A DNA stretch of 64,000 nucleotides, taken from NCBI GenBank assembly GCA_000002445.1, contig CH464491.1, positions 3,680,001-3,744,000 of the forward strand, read 5' to 3'. The notes below the pieces were generated by a model that saw only the letters and a list, made by a program, of their open reading frames with translations, made no database searches and was not told the DNA's origin. The stretch's first letter is position 1, and the number at the start of each line of letters is the position of its first letter. The translations under genes were made by a program, and so were the position numbers. Shown here one piece after another: positions 46,503 to 56,427 of this stretch. This DNA is from Trypanosoma brucei (taxonomy: Eukaryota).

Positions 46503-48129
46503 TTTTTGTTATTTTTCATGTTGGCGCCGTCGTTTCGTCTTGGTTTCTTCACAGTGCATTTTTATTTTTGTCTCTTTGTTGTTTGGGTCGTTTTGCTCTT
46601 TTTTTTTTCTCTTTTTTTTTTTAAAAAAAAGGGGGGGAGGAGCAACCACTTCGGAATACCCGCGTATTGTTTTTTTTTCATTTAATCAGGAAGCGATTTT
46701 AAGGGAAAAGAATAGCGGAGTGAGGGGGAAAGAAAGCAAAAAAAAAAAGAACAAAAAAAGGAGGAAGAAAGAAAGTCAGCATAAGGTGAAGAAATGGGAG
46801 AGAAATGTAGTAAATTTTTTTTTAAAAAAAGAAAAGGTGTGCGCATAGGAAGTAATACGAGGGTGGAGGGAGGACCGAGTTTTTACTTACTTTTTTTTTT
46901 TTTACTTGTTGTTGTCGCTTACATGTGTTTCAGCAAAATAAATGTGTGGGGCAATGTATTTGCCATGTTTGGTGTTGTTTTCTTTTTTAATGGTTCGTGT
47001 TGTATTGTGTGAGTTCCTTTTTCTGTTTCGGATGTTGTTACGCTGATGGCTAGTTTTGTTGTTACACTGGCACTGAATAGCTCGCTATGTTATAACACTT
47101 ACATATCAATCAACATTTCCTTTATCTTACGTTGTTATATGGACATTAATTTTTGTAAGAGTTTTTTGTTGTAATCCCCCCCCTATTTCCTACATATTAT
47201 TATACAAGAGGCTTCCCTTCCTTTGCCACTGTTTTCTTTTCTTTTCTTTCTTCTTCTTCATGGTCTCGTCTGGATGACTTTCCATTTTGTTTGTTTTTCA
47301 TGTGTCTTGTGTGTTTCCTGCACGTCTACTTGTTAACATTATTCAGATATTGTTATTGTCATTATCATCACTTTCTTTCCTTTTCTTTTCCTCTTTTTTT
47401 AAAAAAATCTCTCTGACTGTTGGATTTTGTCCTCGTCGACTCACAGTGCTGACAAGAAAGTAAAAAAAAAGGAAAAAAAACATATATGCGCGTATATGCA
47501 TGTAAAGGTTGGATTTCTCCTGTACTTTCATTTATTCATGGATAATATGGATAATGTGGATAAATGGTTCTTGTTGATTTATTAATTCTACGTTTTTATC
47601 CTTACTTTTATCATTTTCTTCCCCCTCTCTTTCTCTTCCTCTCTGTGTCTGTTTATGTATCATTTTCAATAAAGATTTTGCGGCCTAGTCGAACTACCTT
47701 AAATTTGATCCTCATATCACCCGTTTCTATTCTCATTGTTATTGTTATCATTTTGAATGTTTTAAATTTGCGTGCTGCATTATTATTATTATTATTATTT
47801 GAATCGCAGCGAGTGAGTAATTCATTGAACTTAATCGAGGTATTTTAGCAAGGAAGGAAGGGGGAAAAGCAAAAAAAAAAACAAAAGAAGAAAACTACAT
47901 AAATTAACCGACCTACTGGAGATCGCAAAAAGGGACTTCACTTTGTTTTGTTTTCACTCTCCAGAAAGCAAAACATAACCAAAGTGGTGGTTTAATATTT
48001 TTTTTCTTTCAAGGATATACACAAAAATAAGCCAAATTAGTGGAGGCGCTACAGTTAAGTTTTAGGGCCCAGTCTATACATATATATTTCTCTCTAGGTA
48101 CAGTTTCTCCTTCTGTTTCTTCTGAGAAA

Positions 48130-49494
48130 ATGAATGATAGGGAGTTGCGGGCTTACACAAAACTCGATGTCCTCAAGAGGCACTATAGCGCACTAGCGGC
48201 GGAAGCACTGCACGACTACATCAACGACTTTATGCCATACACAGAAAATTTCAAAAACATTTCATGTCACTTCTGCAACAATGACAAACAACTTCTTTTA
48301 ACTTTGGATTGTCCGATCTATGTGATGCCGCCAGGTGTAAATGCCGCTGCTGCACCCCGTCAGGGTTTGGTGCATCCGCTGCGTGTTGAAGTTGTTTTTT
48401 TGGCCAACTTCCCAAACTCTGCTCCCACCGTTAAACTCCTTCCGAATACGTTTCGTTGCGGCAATTTAACCGAATGGCGTGTGCGTCCGGCTTCTAGCAT
48501 CATGGATGAAGATGGTGCCATTCACTTGGAGAAGTTGGCGCTTCTTGAACAGGCTGTGGTCCCGTATTCTCTTTTAGAAATACTTGTGGCACTTACTGAG
48601 CAGTTCGAAGCGGAATTCCCGCTAACTCCATCAGAGAGGGAACCCATCGGACAAAACCCCCCCATAGCCACTGCCACGCCACCCGTTTCCTCGATTGTAA
48701 ATTCTGTTGTTAATAGTACTTTTTGTCCCACAGACGGTTCGGCTCCACCCAACGTTATGCCTGTGCCTGAAATGCCGACAAGTGACCCATCTGTTGTTGG
48801 CCCACATAACCAACTTATTCAAGGGGCGTGCGATGCAGTCATGATTCATTTGCTCTTCAAGGCAGATGCTTATTTGGATACGCGAGCTAAGGCTTTGGAA
48901 TACCTAAAAACGTTAGACAAGGCATCAAATGAACTGCGCAGTGCACTTGCAACACTTGAGAAGAATAAGGAAGAGCTACTGAAGTTCTCTCCCGCCCCCG
49001 GCAGAGTTGAAGACCTCACCACCACCCTGGAGCAAGTCGCGAATTCTATGGAAACACACTCCGATTGTATCGTACCAGCGGATGAGGTGCACGCTCGGGC
49101 GTTAGAGTTGTTAGGGGACATTCACTCCCTGGACGATGTGTTGGAGTTGTTGGAGCGGTCTCTACGGCATGGGCAAATAACGTGCGAGGAATACGTTCGT
49201 CGTGTTTCTGATGTTGGTCGGCAGCAATTTGAAGCTCGGTTTCTCTTTGACCGTTTAACGGCTGCGGTCCGTGGTACCCAAAGATGTGGTACGCCGCTTC
49301 CTTCTGATGTCGTGCCGACGGCAAATGCACGAGAAGAGCCATCCGCAACTCAACCGACAACACTGGCCGAGGTGATTAAACAGCTGCATGAGGAGTTTCC
49401 TGATGTTGAATTGGATGTTGTTAAAGCGGTGCTGGAGGTGACGGAGATGAACCTTTCTGAGACCCGCGTACAGCTTCATGCCATTATGTCGTAG
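48130..49494 (+). CDS. VPS23: Vps23/TSG101-like ESCRT-I subunit (UEV domain) with CUE-like C-terminal motif
   Basis: N-terminal UEV-like fold (YTKLDVLKRHYSALAAEALHDYINDF...PIYVMPPGV...LVHPLRVEVVFLANFPNSAPTVKL: an inactive E2 variant lacking the catalytic Cys context). A Pro/Ser-rich linker and a coiled coil (KALEYLKTLDKASNELRSALATLEKNKEELLKF) follow. The C-terminal segment is LAEVIKQLHEEFPDVELDVVKAVLEVTEMNLSETRVQL. The track start is GTG 48040. The first ATG is at 48130. Confidence 0.68.
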   Translation: MNDRELRAYTKLDVLKRHYSALAAEALHDYINDFMPYTENFKNISCHFCNNDKQLLLTLDCPIYVMPPGVNAAAAPRQGLVHPLRVEVVFLANFPNSAPTVKLLPNTFRCGNLTEWRVRPASSIMDEDGAIHLEKLALLEQAVVPYSLLEILVALTEQFEAEFPLTPSEREPIGQNPPIATATPPVSSIVNSVVNSTFCPTDGSAPPNVMPVPEMPTSDPSVVGPHNQLIQGACDAVMIHLLFKADAYLDTRAKALEYLKTLDKASNELRSALATLEKNKEELLKFSPAPGRVEDLTTTLEQVANSMETHSDCIVPADEVHARALELLGDIHSLDDVLELLERSLRHGQITCEEYVRRVSDVGRQQFEARFLFDRLTAAVRGTQRCGTPLPSDVVPTANAREEPSATQPTTLAEVIKQLHEEFPDVELDVVKAVLEVTEMNLSETRVQLHAIMS

Positions 49495-49644
49495 TGGAGA
49501 AGCAACTCTATTGGGATATGCGCGAACGTGTTGTGAGAAGTGGAATTGGTTGGTATGTTACGTACAATAGCGCTGCTGCACTCCCTACTTGTGTTGTAAC
49601 ATTTGGAGTGTTTGTATAAATTCGAGTGGTCAGTGTTTGTTTGT

Positions 49645-49668
49645 GCGTGTGTGTGTGTGTGTGTGTGT
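49645..49668 (+). repeat. (GT)n microsatellite
   Basis: gcgtgtgtgtgtgtgtgtgtgtgtg lies downstream of the Vps23-like gene. Confidence 0.9.
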
Positions 49669-50176
49669 TGAGCGCTTTTCCTTTTTATAGACGCCCGCGC
49701 CAACGGGGTCGCACGATAGGTGCGACTTATTAGCAGGAATTGGGAAGTAATAGCGATAGTAAACTACTGTCGATTTTGTTTTTAGTGATGCAGAGGTGGG
49801 CTGTTGGTTCCGTTTGCGTATTTAAAAAAAAAATTGTTATTCTGTGTAGTCGGACGGCGGGCTGTAACTCTCGTTTTTTTTTCTATGTCGGCTGCCTCCC
49901 GGCTACGTTATTTATTTGCTTGAGTGGGATATAGCTTGGCCGATGATTACTCAACTGTGATTAAAGTCCTTGACACCAGTTTAAATATTCAGTATTTCTT
50001 TTTCCCCCTTTTTTGTAGCTGCGCTGCTGCCTCGACAAGTTCAGTTTGAATACGTTGTTGTTGGAGACGAGGAAAAGATTGATTTTCTTCTCTCTTTTGG
50101 GCTTGTGGCCCTTAACCTCTTTTTGTACCCCTTCGTATAAAGGGAAAGGGAACGTCTCCCACCTCTTAAGACGTGT

Positions 50177-50196
50177 AATGTGTGTGTGTGTGTGTG
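50177..50196 (+). repeat. (GT)n microsatellite
   Basis: aatgtgtgtgtgtgtgtgtgc lies upstream of the WD40 gene. Confidence 0.9.
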
Positions 50197-50271
50197 CAAG
50201 GGGGCGGGACCATATGTTATGCACGAAAAAGTTGTACCGTAATGTACGAATGCGTGGTGAAACCTAAAGGC

Positions 50272-50335
50272 ACTCTTCTCCCTTTTCTGCCCATATGTAG
50301 GCTTATTCGTACCGTTGTCTTTGTTCTCTTTGCAA
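50272..50335 (+). promoter_or_regulatory. polypyrimidine tract upstream of WD40 gene
   Basis: cactcttctcccttttctgcccatatgtaggcttattcgtaccgttgtctttgttctctttgc sits between the (GT)n repeat and ATG 50467. Confidence 0.4.
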
Positions 50336-50466
50336 CCATTTGTTACATTGGAAATGTTAGGCAAGATAAGGTGCCACTTCTTCGACATCTCCTGAGTTAC
50401 CACTTCCCTTTGTCGCCGTCAGGTAGCTCCCGTTCCGCAGTACCGAACATATTTTACAAAGCAAAC

Positions 50467-53427
50467 ATGACTAGCTTAAATGGCAGCAAGAGTTCTGCAT
50501 ATGGAACGTTGAAGTTCACTAACCGGATGGGTACGCCATTGCCATCACCTTCAAAGAAGTTGAAGTCGGCACCGGCAGCTACCGGCGTCCCACCGCCACC
50601 CTTCACTTTAGCGGTTGGGAATCGGACCTCCTCCACCAGCCCGAGGACACCTGTTGCCATGGGTGAAACTTCTGTGGTTTCTTCACCCAATGGTTACAAC
50701 CCTCCTTTGCCCACAATTTCAGATGCAGCTTCGGGGCAGGGGACTGGAAACGGTACTACGAACATAGACGGTGTCGCATATAACCACAGTCGTCGCCGTA
50801 GGCAGCGTGGGCCAACCGGAAAAGCGAGTACGGATAACAATAACACCGCGGAGGTTGCCGCATCATCTCCGGGTGCTCAACCATCTTGTAATTCGTACGA
50901 TTCCGGTGGCACATATAATTCATTCTGGTCCCCCAGAGCAACAAATGCGGATGTTTTAGGATGGCCAAAAGTTGAGGATCACCAAGTTCCTACGGATGAT
51001 GTGCAATTAGGCTCTCACACACGTAGATATGGTGGTTCCCTCGGAGCTGTACCGCGACTATCTGTAAAGGTGCTGGGGATGAGCCCACTTCACGCCAATC
51101 TGCTTGTTGCTCGTCCGTTCGTACGCGTATGGCTGCTAGACGGCCACACCGGGAGAAATCTGATCAAAACAGAGTTTCTACGTTCGTCTTTTGGGGTAAC
51201 GCACCCCGTTGATCTCCGGTGTCGTCACACAAGAGCGCCGTGGTGGGGTGCCGAGCTCCTTTTCTGTGTGCATTCATCTCTCATTGAGGAACCATCAGTA
51301 GATCCACTCTTACTGATGGAGGTGCTTGAAAGTGGTGAGGAGGCGATTAACGGTGTTCCCGTTCCGCGAGACGGTTTCTACCCCGTGTGTTGGGGATTCC
51401 TGAAGCTGAGGAGTGCGAATGGAAGGATGAACATGGGGAAACGTTTGAATATTCAAATGTTTCCTTTCCCCGGGCGTGTATCTGTTCTCACAAGGCTAAT
51501 GCAACAGTTGCCATCCTTCTTGTTTCGCTCCCGAAGGGGGGTGGACGGGGATGATATTGGGCCTTTACACAGCCAAGAAACCACAGAATACGAGATGTGT
51601 TGTGCCTCCGATGCGGTTAAAGGCAACGGTAACACGTCCACGCCACCGGCAATCTTTTACACGTACAAGCGCGCCCAAAACCGTCAGGTTCCATACGCTG
51701 CAACTCTACTCATTTCGCTGAGATGGGAAGATGACATTTCATATGTCCCCAGTGAAGCGCATATATTACCGAGTGAGGAATGTTTTCTCGATCAAATGCC
51801 GGTTTCGCAGGACCACAAACCCAGGAGCACCGCAAGAAGTGCATACTCCGGACGTCCGTGGTCCACGGAAGACAAGAGTGCCAGATATGGTATAAATACC
51901 ACAGCTTTAGGGAGATCTTACTTGCGCAATGAGGATGAGCGAGTGGTGCCTCCACCATTGGTTGTACAGAGCACTCAGATTGTCGGAAAAGTTACTTGTA
52001 TAACATTTGCCGGCGTTGAATCTCTGATGGCACTCGGTGTAACGGACGGAGCTGATTACTTGATTCAGCTTCGCCATGCGCTGGTGTGTGGCGCTCCGAT
52101 TTTTGGTGTTTGCCGTGGGCATGCTGGTCACATACATAGTGTTACATTTCGAAGGGATAGCCAACTGTTGCTATCTAGTTCATCAGACAAAACTGTGAGG
52201 GTGTGGCGGTTGGATAATTTTCCTTCCGCCACAATTTCCTACCAGGTGATGATCGTTCCGTGCCTATGTACCCTGCCACATAGTTTCCCGCTGTATGATA
52301 GCGTGTTCTTTGAAAGCGTTATTGTAACTTGCGGTTTTGATCCGCGGCTCTTTGTATGGAACTACAAAGAATTCGACAACCAAGAAGTGGAAACCACGAT
52401 TGAAAGGGAGCAGTACAACCACAGCGGTGCGGCATGGCAACCCGGAAGAGTTGGCAGCGTACCATTGAGTAGTACAAACTTCAACATCACCACGGCGGGG
52501 TGTGGTGTGGGGCAGGTTGTGTATGAAACAACTGGCGATGATGGAGTAGTCGTTCGTGCGCTTTCCGCTTCGGATCGTGGACGTCTCTGGTCTGTCGATA
52601 CTTTAGGGAATGTGTTGATTTGGCATTCTGAGGATGGTGTCACGCTTGATGGCAGTACCCAATGGAGGATAAGGACGCGCTACCGTTTCAAATGCCCAGG
52701 GGCTACTAAAGTAGAAGTGCATGGAGATAGGGCTTTAGTGACGTGTGAGAAACATCCTGTGGCGTATTTGATTGATGTCATGAGCCACCAACTGCTACAC
52801 ACCATTTATATGCATCAGAAACCGTACATCCCTGTCGTTACACTCCTCCCTGATGGCGAGGCATTTGTGGCGTGTACCTGTGATGGGCGGTTGCTGTATT
52901 GGGAGTGCTTCTCCGGTACGCTATGTACTCCACTTAGTGGTTATGGTGCCATTCGCACTCACGGGAGTCCTCGCCGCATTGTGTGGTCGCCCAACCAACA
53001 GCTAGCAGCCGTTCTCGGTTCGTGGAACCACAGCAGTTTGGCAAGGAGGGAATCACATAGTTCGTTTATGGCACTTACAATCGTTGGTGCTCCAAGGGAA
53101 GAGGGAAATGTTTTACTGCGGACAGATGCTCATTCTGAAGCTAAGTTTCGCTCTCGCCTTATCAGTGGTGAGGCGAGTCCTCCTCTAACGAGAGTCAGCT
53201 CAGCAGGAACGTCGGAATCACCCCTATGGGCCACCTCTGGCCAACCCCAGTCCTCGCGACCCGTCGGGGCGATGCCTTCCTCCATTTTTGAGAGTAAAAG
53301 TTCTCGCATAGACAACATCGTTGCTGTATGGAAGCAACTTACATCCCGTCACCGATGTCGTAGGAGTGAGGAACCTCCGTTTACTGCCAACAGTGGTATC
53401 GACAAGTATGTTGCAGAAAATGTGTAA
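50467..53427 (+). CDS. WD40-repeat protein, hypothetical
   Basis: WD-repeat signatures, e.g. GHAGHIHSVTFRRDSQLLLSSSSDKTVRVWRL, and further beta-propeller-like repeats in the C-terminal two thirds. The Ser/Thr/Pro-rich N-terminus has low complexity. The track start (GTG 50182) lies within a (GT)n repeat. I prefer ATG 50467 (MTSLNGSK), which follows a poly-Y tract at 50272-50335. Confidence 0.68.
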   Translation: MTSLNGSKSSAYGTLKFTNRMGTPLPSPSKKLKSAPAATGVPPPPFTLAVGNRTSSTSPRTPVAMGETSVVSSPNGYNPPLPTISDAASGQGTGNGTTNIDGVAYNHSRRRRQRGPTGKASTDNNNTAEVAASSPGAQPSCNSYDSGGTYNSFWSPRATNADVLGWPKVEDHQVPTDDVQLGSHTRRYGGSLGAVPRLSVKVLGMSPLHANLLVARPFVRVWLLDGHTGRNLIKTEFLRSSFGVTHPVDLRCRHTRAPWWGAELLFCVHSSLIEEPSVDPLLLMEVLESGEEAINGVPVPRDGFYPVCWGFLKLRSANGRMNMGKRLNIQMFPFPGRVSVLTRLMQQLPSFLFRSRRGVDGDDIGPLHSQETTEYEMCCASDAVKGNGNTSTPPAIFYTYKRAQNRQVPYAATLLISLRWEDDISYVPSEAHILPSEECFLDQMPVSQDHKPRSTARSAYSGRPWSTEDKSARYGINTTALGRSYLRNEDERVVPPPLVVQSTQIVGKVTCITFAGVESLMALGVTDGADYLIQLRHALVCGAPIFGVCRGHAGHIHSVTFRRDSQLLLSSSSDKTVRVWRLDNFPSATISYQVMIVPCLCTLPHSFPLYDSVFFESVIVTCGFDPRLFVWNYKEFDNQEVETTIEREQYNHSGAAWQPGRVGSVPLSSTNFNITTAGCGVGQVVYETTGDDGVVVRALSASDRGRLWSVDTLGNVLIWHSEDGVTLDGSTQWRIRTRYRFKCPGATKVEVHGDRALVTCEKHPVAYLIDVMSHQLLHTIYMHQKPYIPVVTLLPDGEAFVACTCDGRLLYWECFSGTLCTPLSGYGAIRTHGSPRRIVWSPNQQLAAVLGSWNHSSLARRESHSSFMALTIVGAPREEGNVLLRTDAHSEAKFRSRLISGEASPPLTRVSSAGTSESPLWATSGQPQSSRPVGAMPSSIFESKSSRIDNIVAVWKQLTSRHRCRRSEEPPFTANSGIDKYVAENV

Positions 53428-53927
53428 AGTTTTCATTTGGTTACTTCTTAACACTGCATAAGCGCGTTGTGGGGAACGTCACAACGCCGAGATAAGCACG
53501 CGTGCGATGTGTGAAAAAAAAATTGTCTGTTTGATTTGTTGTGCGCTATCACTCACTGCAAGCACTGCTGCAGTCACGTGCATTTTATTTTTACCCTTGA
53601 CCGTAGGGGGATGTTATTTTTTTTTTCTTGCTGTTGTGTCGTAGAAGAAGAGAGGTATGTATAGAGCGGTGGAGGAGACTGCTTTTCATTTTATCGGATC
53701 CATGGGTTTGTTGGGATAAACATTAACTTATTTTTTTTTATTCTTATGCCCTTCACCAATACAGTGCTTGCTGTGGCCACCAATGACATAGTTTCTGCGT
53801 ATTTGCTCACCTGCTACACTTACGAATTTGACTGTATGTGCCACACCCAACTTTTTCCCTCCCCCTTGTAATATCTTTCATTCGTAGAGATAACCACTAC
53901 TGACATTATACACAGTTATAAGGAGAC

Positions 53928-55544
53928 ATGTCTCTGGCCTTTGATGAGTACGGCCGCCCCTTCCTTCTAGTGAAGGAGCAGGCAAATAAGGAGCGTGTGA
54001 CTGGCGTGGAGGCTCAGAAGGCAAACATACTCGCGGCCATAAGTGTATCCAACGTCTTAAAGACTAGCCTAGGTCCACGTGGAATGGACAAGATCCTTGT
54101 CACACAAGATAACGAGGTTGTCGTTACCAACGATGGGGCCACCATCATGGACCTCATGGACATTGACAACGAGATCGGGCAGCTTATGGTGGAACTCAGC
54201 AAGTCGCAGGATTCTGAGATCGGTGACGGTACCACTGGTGTTGTTTGCCTCGCTGGTGCTCTGTTGGAACAAGCGTCTGGCCTCCTTGACAAGGGGATCC
54301 ACAGCTCTCGCATCTCTGAGGGGTTTGAGAAGGCATGTGAAATTGCCTGTAAGCGGTTGGAGGAGATCGCAGACACCGTGCCCGTCAGCCGTGAGGAATA
54401 CAGTTATTTGCTGCAAACCGCGCGCTCAACACTCAACTCGAAGGTGGTAAACCGTGACCGTGATCGGTTGGCAAAGATATGTGTTGATGCGGTTCTTTCG
54501 GTCGCAGACATGGAACGCCGTGACGTCAATCTCGATCTAATTAAGATGGAGGGTAAAGTCGGTGGATGCCTTGAGGAAACATGCTTAGTGAACGGCATCG
54601 TCATTGACAAGGACTTCTCCCATCCTCAAATGCCCAAGGTGCTGAAGAATCCAAAGATTGCCATCCTCACATGCCCATTTGAGCCCCCGAAACCCAAAAC
54701 TAAACACACCGTGCACATTTCGAGTGCCGAGCACATGAAAGAAATTCACGAGCAAGAGCAGGAATACTTCCGCAACCAGGTCAAACTCTGCAAACAGGCG
54801 GGGGCAGACCTTGTCATCTGTCAGTGGGGATTCGACGATGAGGCAAATTATCTTCTCTATCGTAACGATCTACCAGCTGTGCGTTGGGTGGGTGGTGTAG
54901 AGCTTGAGATGATCGCCATTGCGACCGGCGGAAGGATTATTCCCCGCTTTGAAGATCTTCAGAGCGCCAAGCTTGGAACCTGTGGAACGGTGCGTGAGGT
55001 CGGGTTTGGAACCACAAAAGATCGTATGATCTTCATTGAGGAATGCCCAAGCAGCAAGGCTGTCACGATCTTCATTCGTGGTGGTAACAAAATGATGATT
55101 GAGGAGGCCAAACGTTCTCTTCATGACGCCGTTTGCATGGTCCGCAATCTCATTCGTGACAACCGTATCGTATATGGTGGTGGATCTGCGGAGATAGCGG
55201 CCTCAATGGCTGTGCTTAACTACGCCGATACGGTTTCCACAGTCGATCAGTACGCTATTCGGCGGTTTGCGGATGCCCTTGAGTCGATTCCCATCAACTT
55301 AGCCCTAAACAGTGGATTGGAACCCATCAAATGCCTCTCGCGTGCTCGCATTGAGCAAGTGGAGGGGAAGAACCCCTATGCCGGCGTGGACTGCATGGAT
55401 AGTGGAACACTTGACATGAAGAAGCAGCAGGTGTTCGAAACACTTCAGGGGAAGTGCTCACAACTCCGGCTCGCCACGCAGGTTGTGAAAATGATTTTGA
55501 AGGTTGATGACGTTATCGTAACAAAGCCCGAAGAGGAGGAATAG
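53928..55544 (+). CDS. CCT5: T-complex protein 1 subunit epsilon (CCT5 chaperonin subunit)
   Basis: [18 protein letters not shown]...[12 protein letters not shown]...[10 protein letters not shown]...GDGTTGVV: group II chaperonin ATP-binding motifs. The FDEYGRPF N-terminus is characteristic of the epsilon subunit. The 538-aa length fits. Confidence 0.92.
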   Translation: MSLAFDEYGRPFLLVKEQANKERVTGVEAQKANILAAISVSNVLKTSLGPRGMDKILVTQDNEVVVTNDGATIMDLMDIDNEIGQLMVELSKSQDSEIGDGTTGVVCLAGALLEQASGLLDKGIHSSRISEGFEKACEIACKRLEEIADTVPVSREEYSYLLQTARSTLNSKVVNRDRDRLAKICVDAVLSVADMERRDVNLDLIKMEGKVGGCLEETCLVNGIVIDKDFSHPQMPKVLKNPKIAILTCPFEPPKPKTKHTVHISSAEHMKEIHEQEQEYFRNQVKLCKQAGADLVICQWGFDDEANYLLYRNDLPAVRWVGGVELEMIAIATGGRIIPRFEDLQSAKLGTCGTVREVGFGTTKDRMIFIEECPSSKAVTIFIRGGNKMMIEEAKRSLHDAVCMVRNLIRDNRIVYGGGSAEIAASMAVLNYADTVSTVDQYAIRRFADALESIPINLALNSGLEPIKCLSRARIEQVEGKNPYAGVDCMDSGTLDMKKQQVFETLQGKCSQLRLATQVVKMILKVDDVIVTKPEEEE

Positions 55545-56427
55545 ATGTGCTGTTGCAGGAGGTACGGGATGGAACGCTATGTTGGAGCGGGAGGGGGTCA
55601 TGCGCACGAACATATACACTTCGACTACTGTAAGGGCTGAAGGGAAATCAGGGGATCGTGTGGTTAGACCGTAGTCGTAGGGCACTTAAATGAATGATTA
55701 AGTAAACAAAAAAAAGAAGAGAATGAAGAAAGGACAAAAAAAACAACAAAAAAAACAAAAAGAGGTACGCGCTAGTCATTACACCCTTTGGCACACGTCT
55801 TTGTTCGCTTTTTACCGAGCTTTCAGGAATGGAGCGGGGAAGTGGATGCGGAGAGAAAGCTACTGAAGGTACACGGCGAGGAGAACAGGCAGAACATCAC
55901 GGTCGAACGGGTGGAGAAAGGTGAGGTGAAATAAAAATAAATGAAATATGATTAATATCTTTAAGTGGGATGCGCGAAATCAGACTGCAAGGGGAAGTAG
56001 AGGAATGCGTGGAAATGTGTAGACACCACCCCATTATTTGGATCGTGCACATCGACTCGCTCATTCTATATATTAACCCATTCATAGGAATGTGCAGGCG
56101 CTTTCCTTTACCCCCTTTTTTCTTTTCTTTTTTTAGCTTCTCTACTTGAAATAGCCGCTGTTGCCTCTGACGGTGATAGAACCCACCACAGGGCGTAGGG
56201 TGTTTGTGTGGAGGGTTCGGTGTTCCAATTAATGGTTTATTCGTGTTCTGAGAGCGTCTCTAAGTTTCTTTTCTTCTTTTCTATCTTTCTCCTCTTTTTC
56301 TTTATTTTACGCCATACCTTTCTGTCTCGTTGGTCACTCCGTACCAGCACTGTTACTTCAGTATAAACGTGGAGTGGTGGTTGTGGTAGAGGAGGTGAAG
56401 AACGGGGAGTAACTCCACGCCGTTTAT

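Larger units (their letters stand above)
34503..48129. other. 13.6-kb ORF-free AT-rich low-complexity block within a co-directional gene array
   Basis: No ORF in any frame exceeds ~185 aa, and all of them are F/L/K/E/S low-complexity artefacts. There are alternating blocks of poly-purine and poly-pyrimidine on the + strand, homopolymer runs, and (ATT)n, (TA)n, (GTT)n and (AATGR)n microsatellites. The flanking genes are both on the + strand. Confidence 0.85.

Noticed and set aside
34503-48129. Numerous 60-185-aa ORFs (e.g. 43269-43826 +, 40241-40681 -, 46405-46848 +) in the AT-rich block
   Set aside because: All are homopolymer- or microsatellite-driven low-complexity translations (poly-F/L/I, poly-K/E, poly-Y from (TAC/TAT)n). 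None shows domain-like composition, and several overlap each other on opposite strands.
34503-48129. Centromere interpretation of the 13.6-kb AT-rich block
   Set aside because: By eye there is no regular higher-order tandem repeat unit, such as a ~150-bp monomer array. The block is bounded by same-strand genes rather than by a strand switch, retroelements or rRNA genes. I therefore call it a generic low-complexity/boundary region rather than a centromere.
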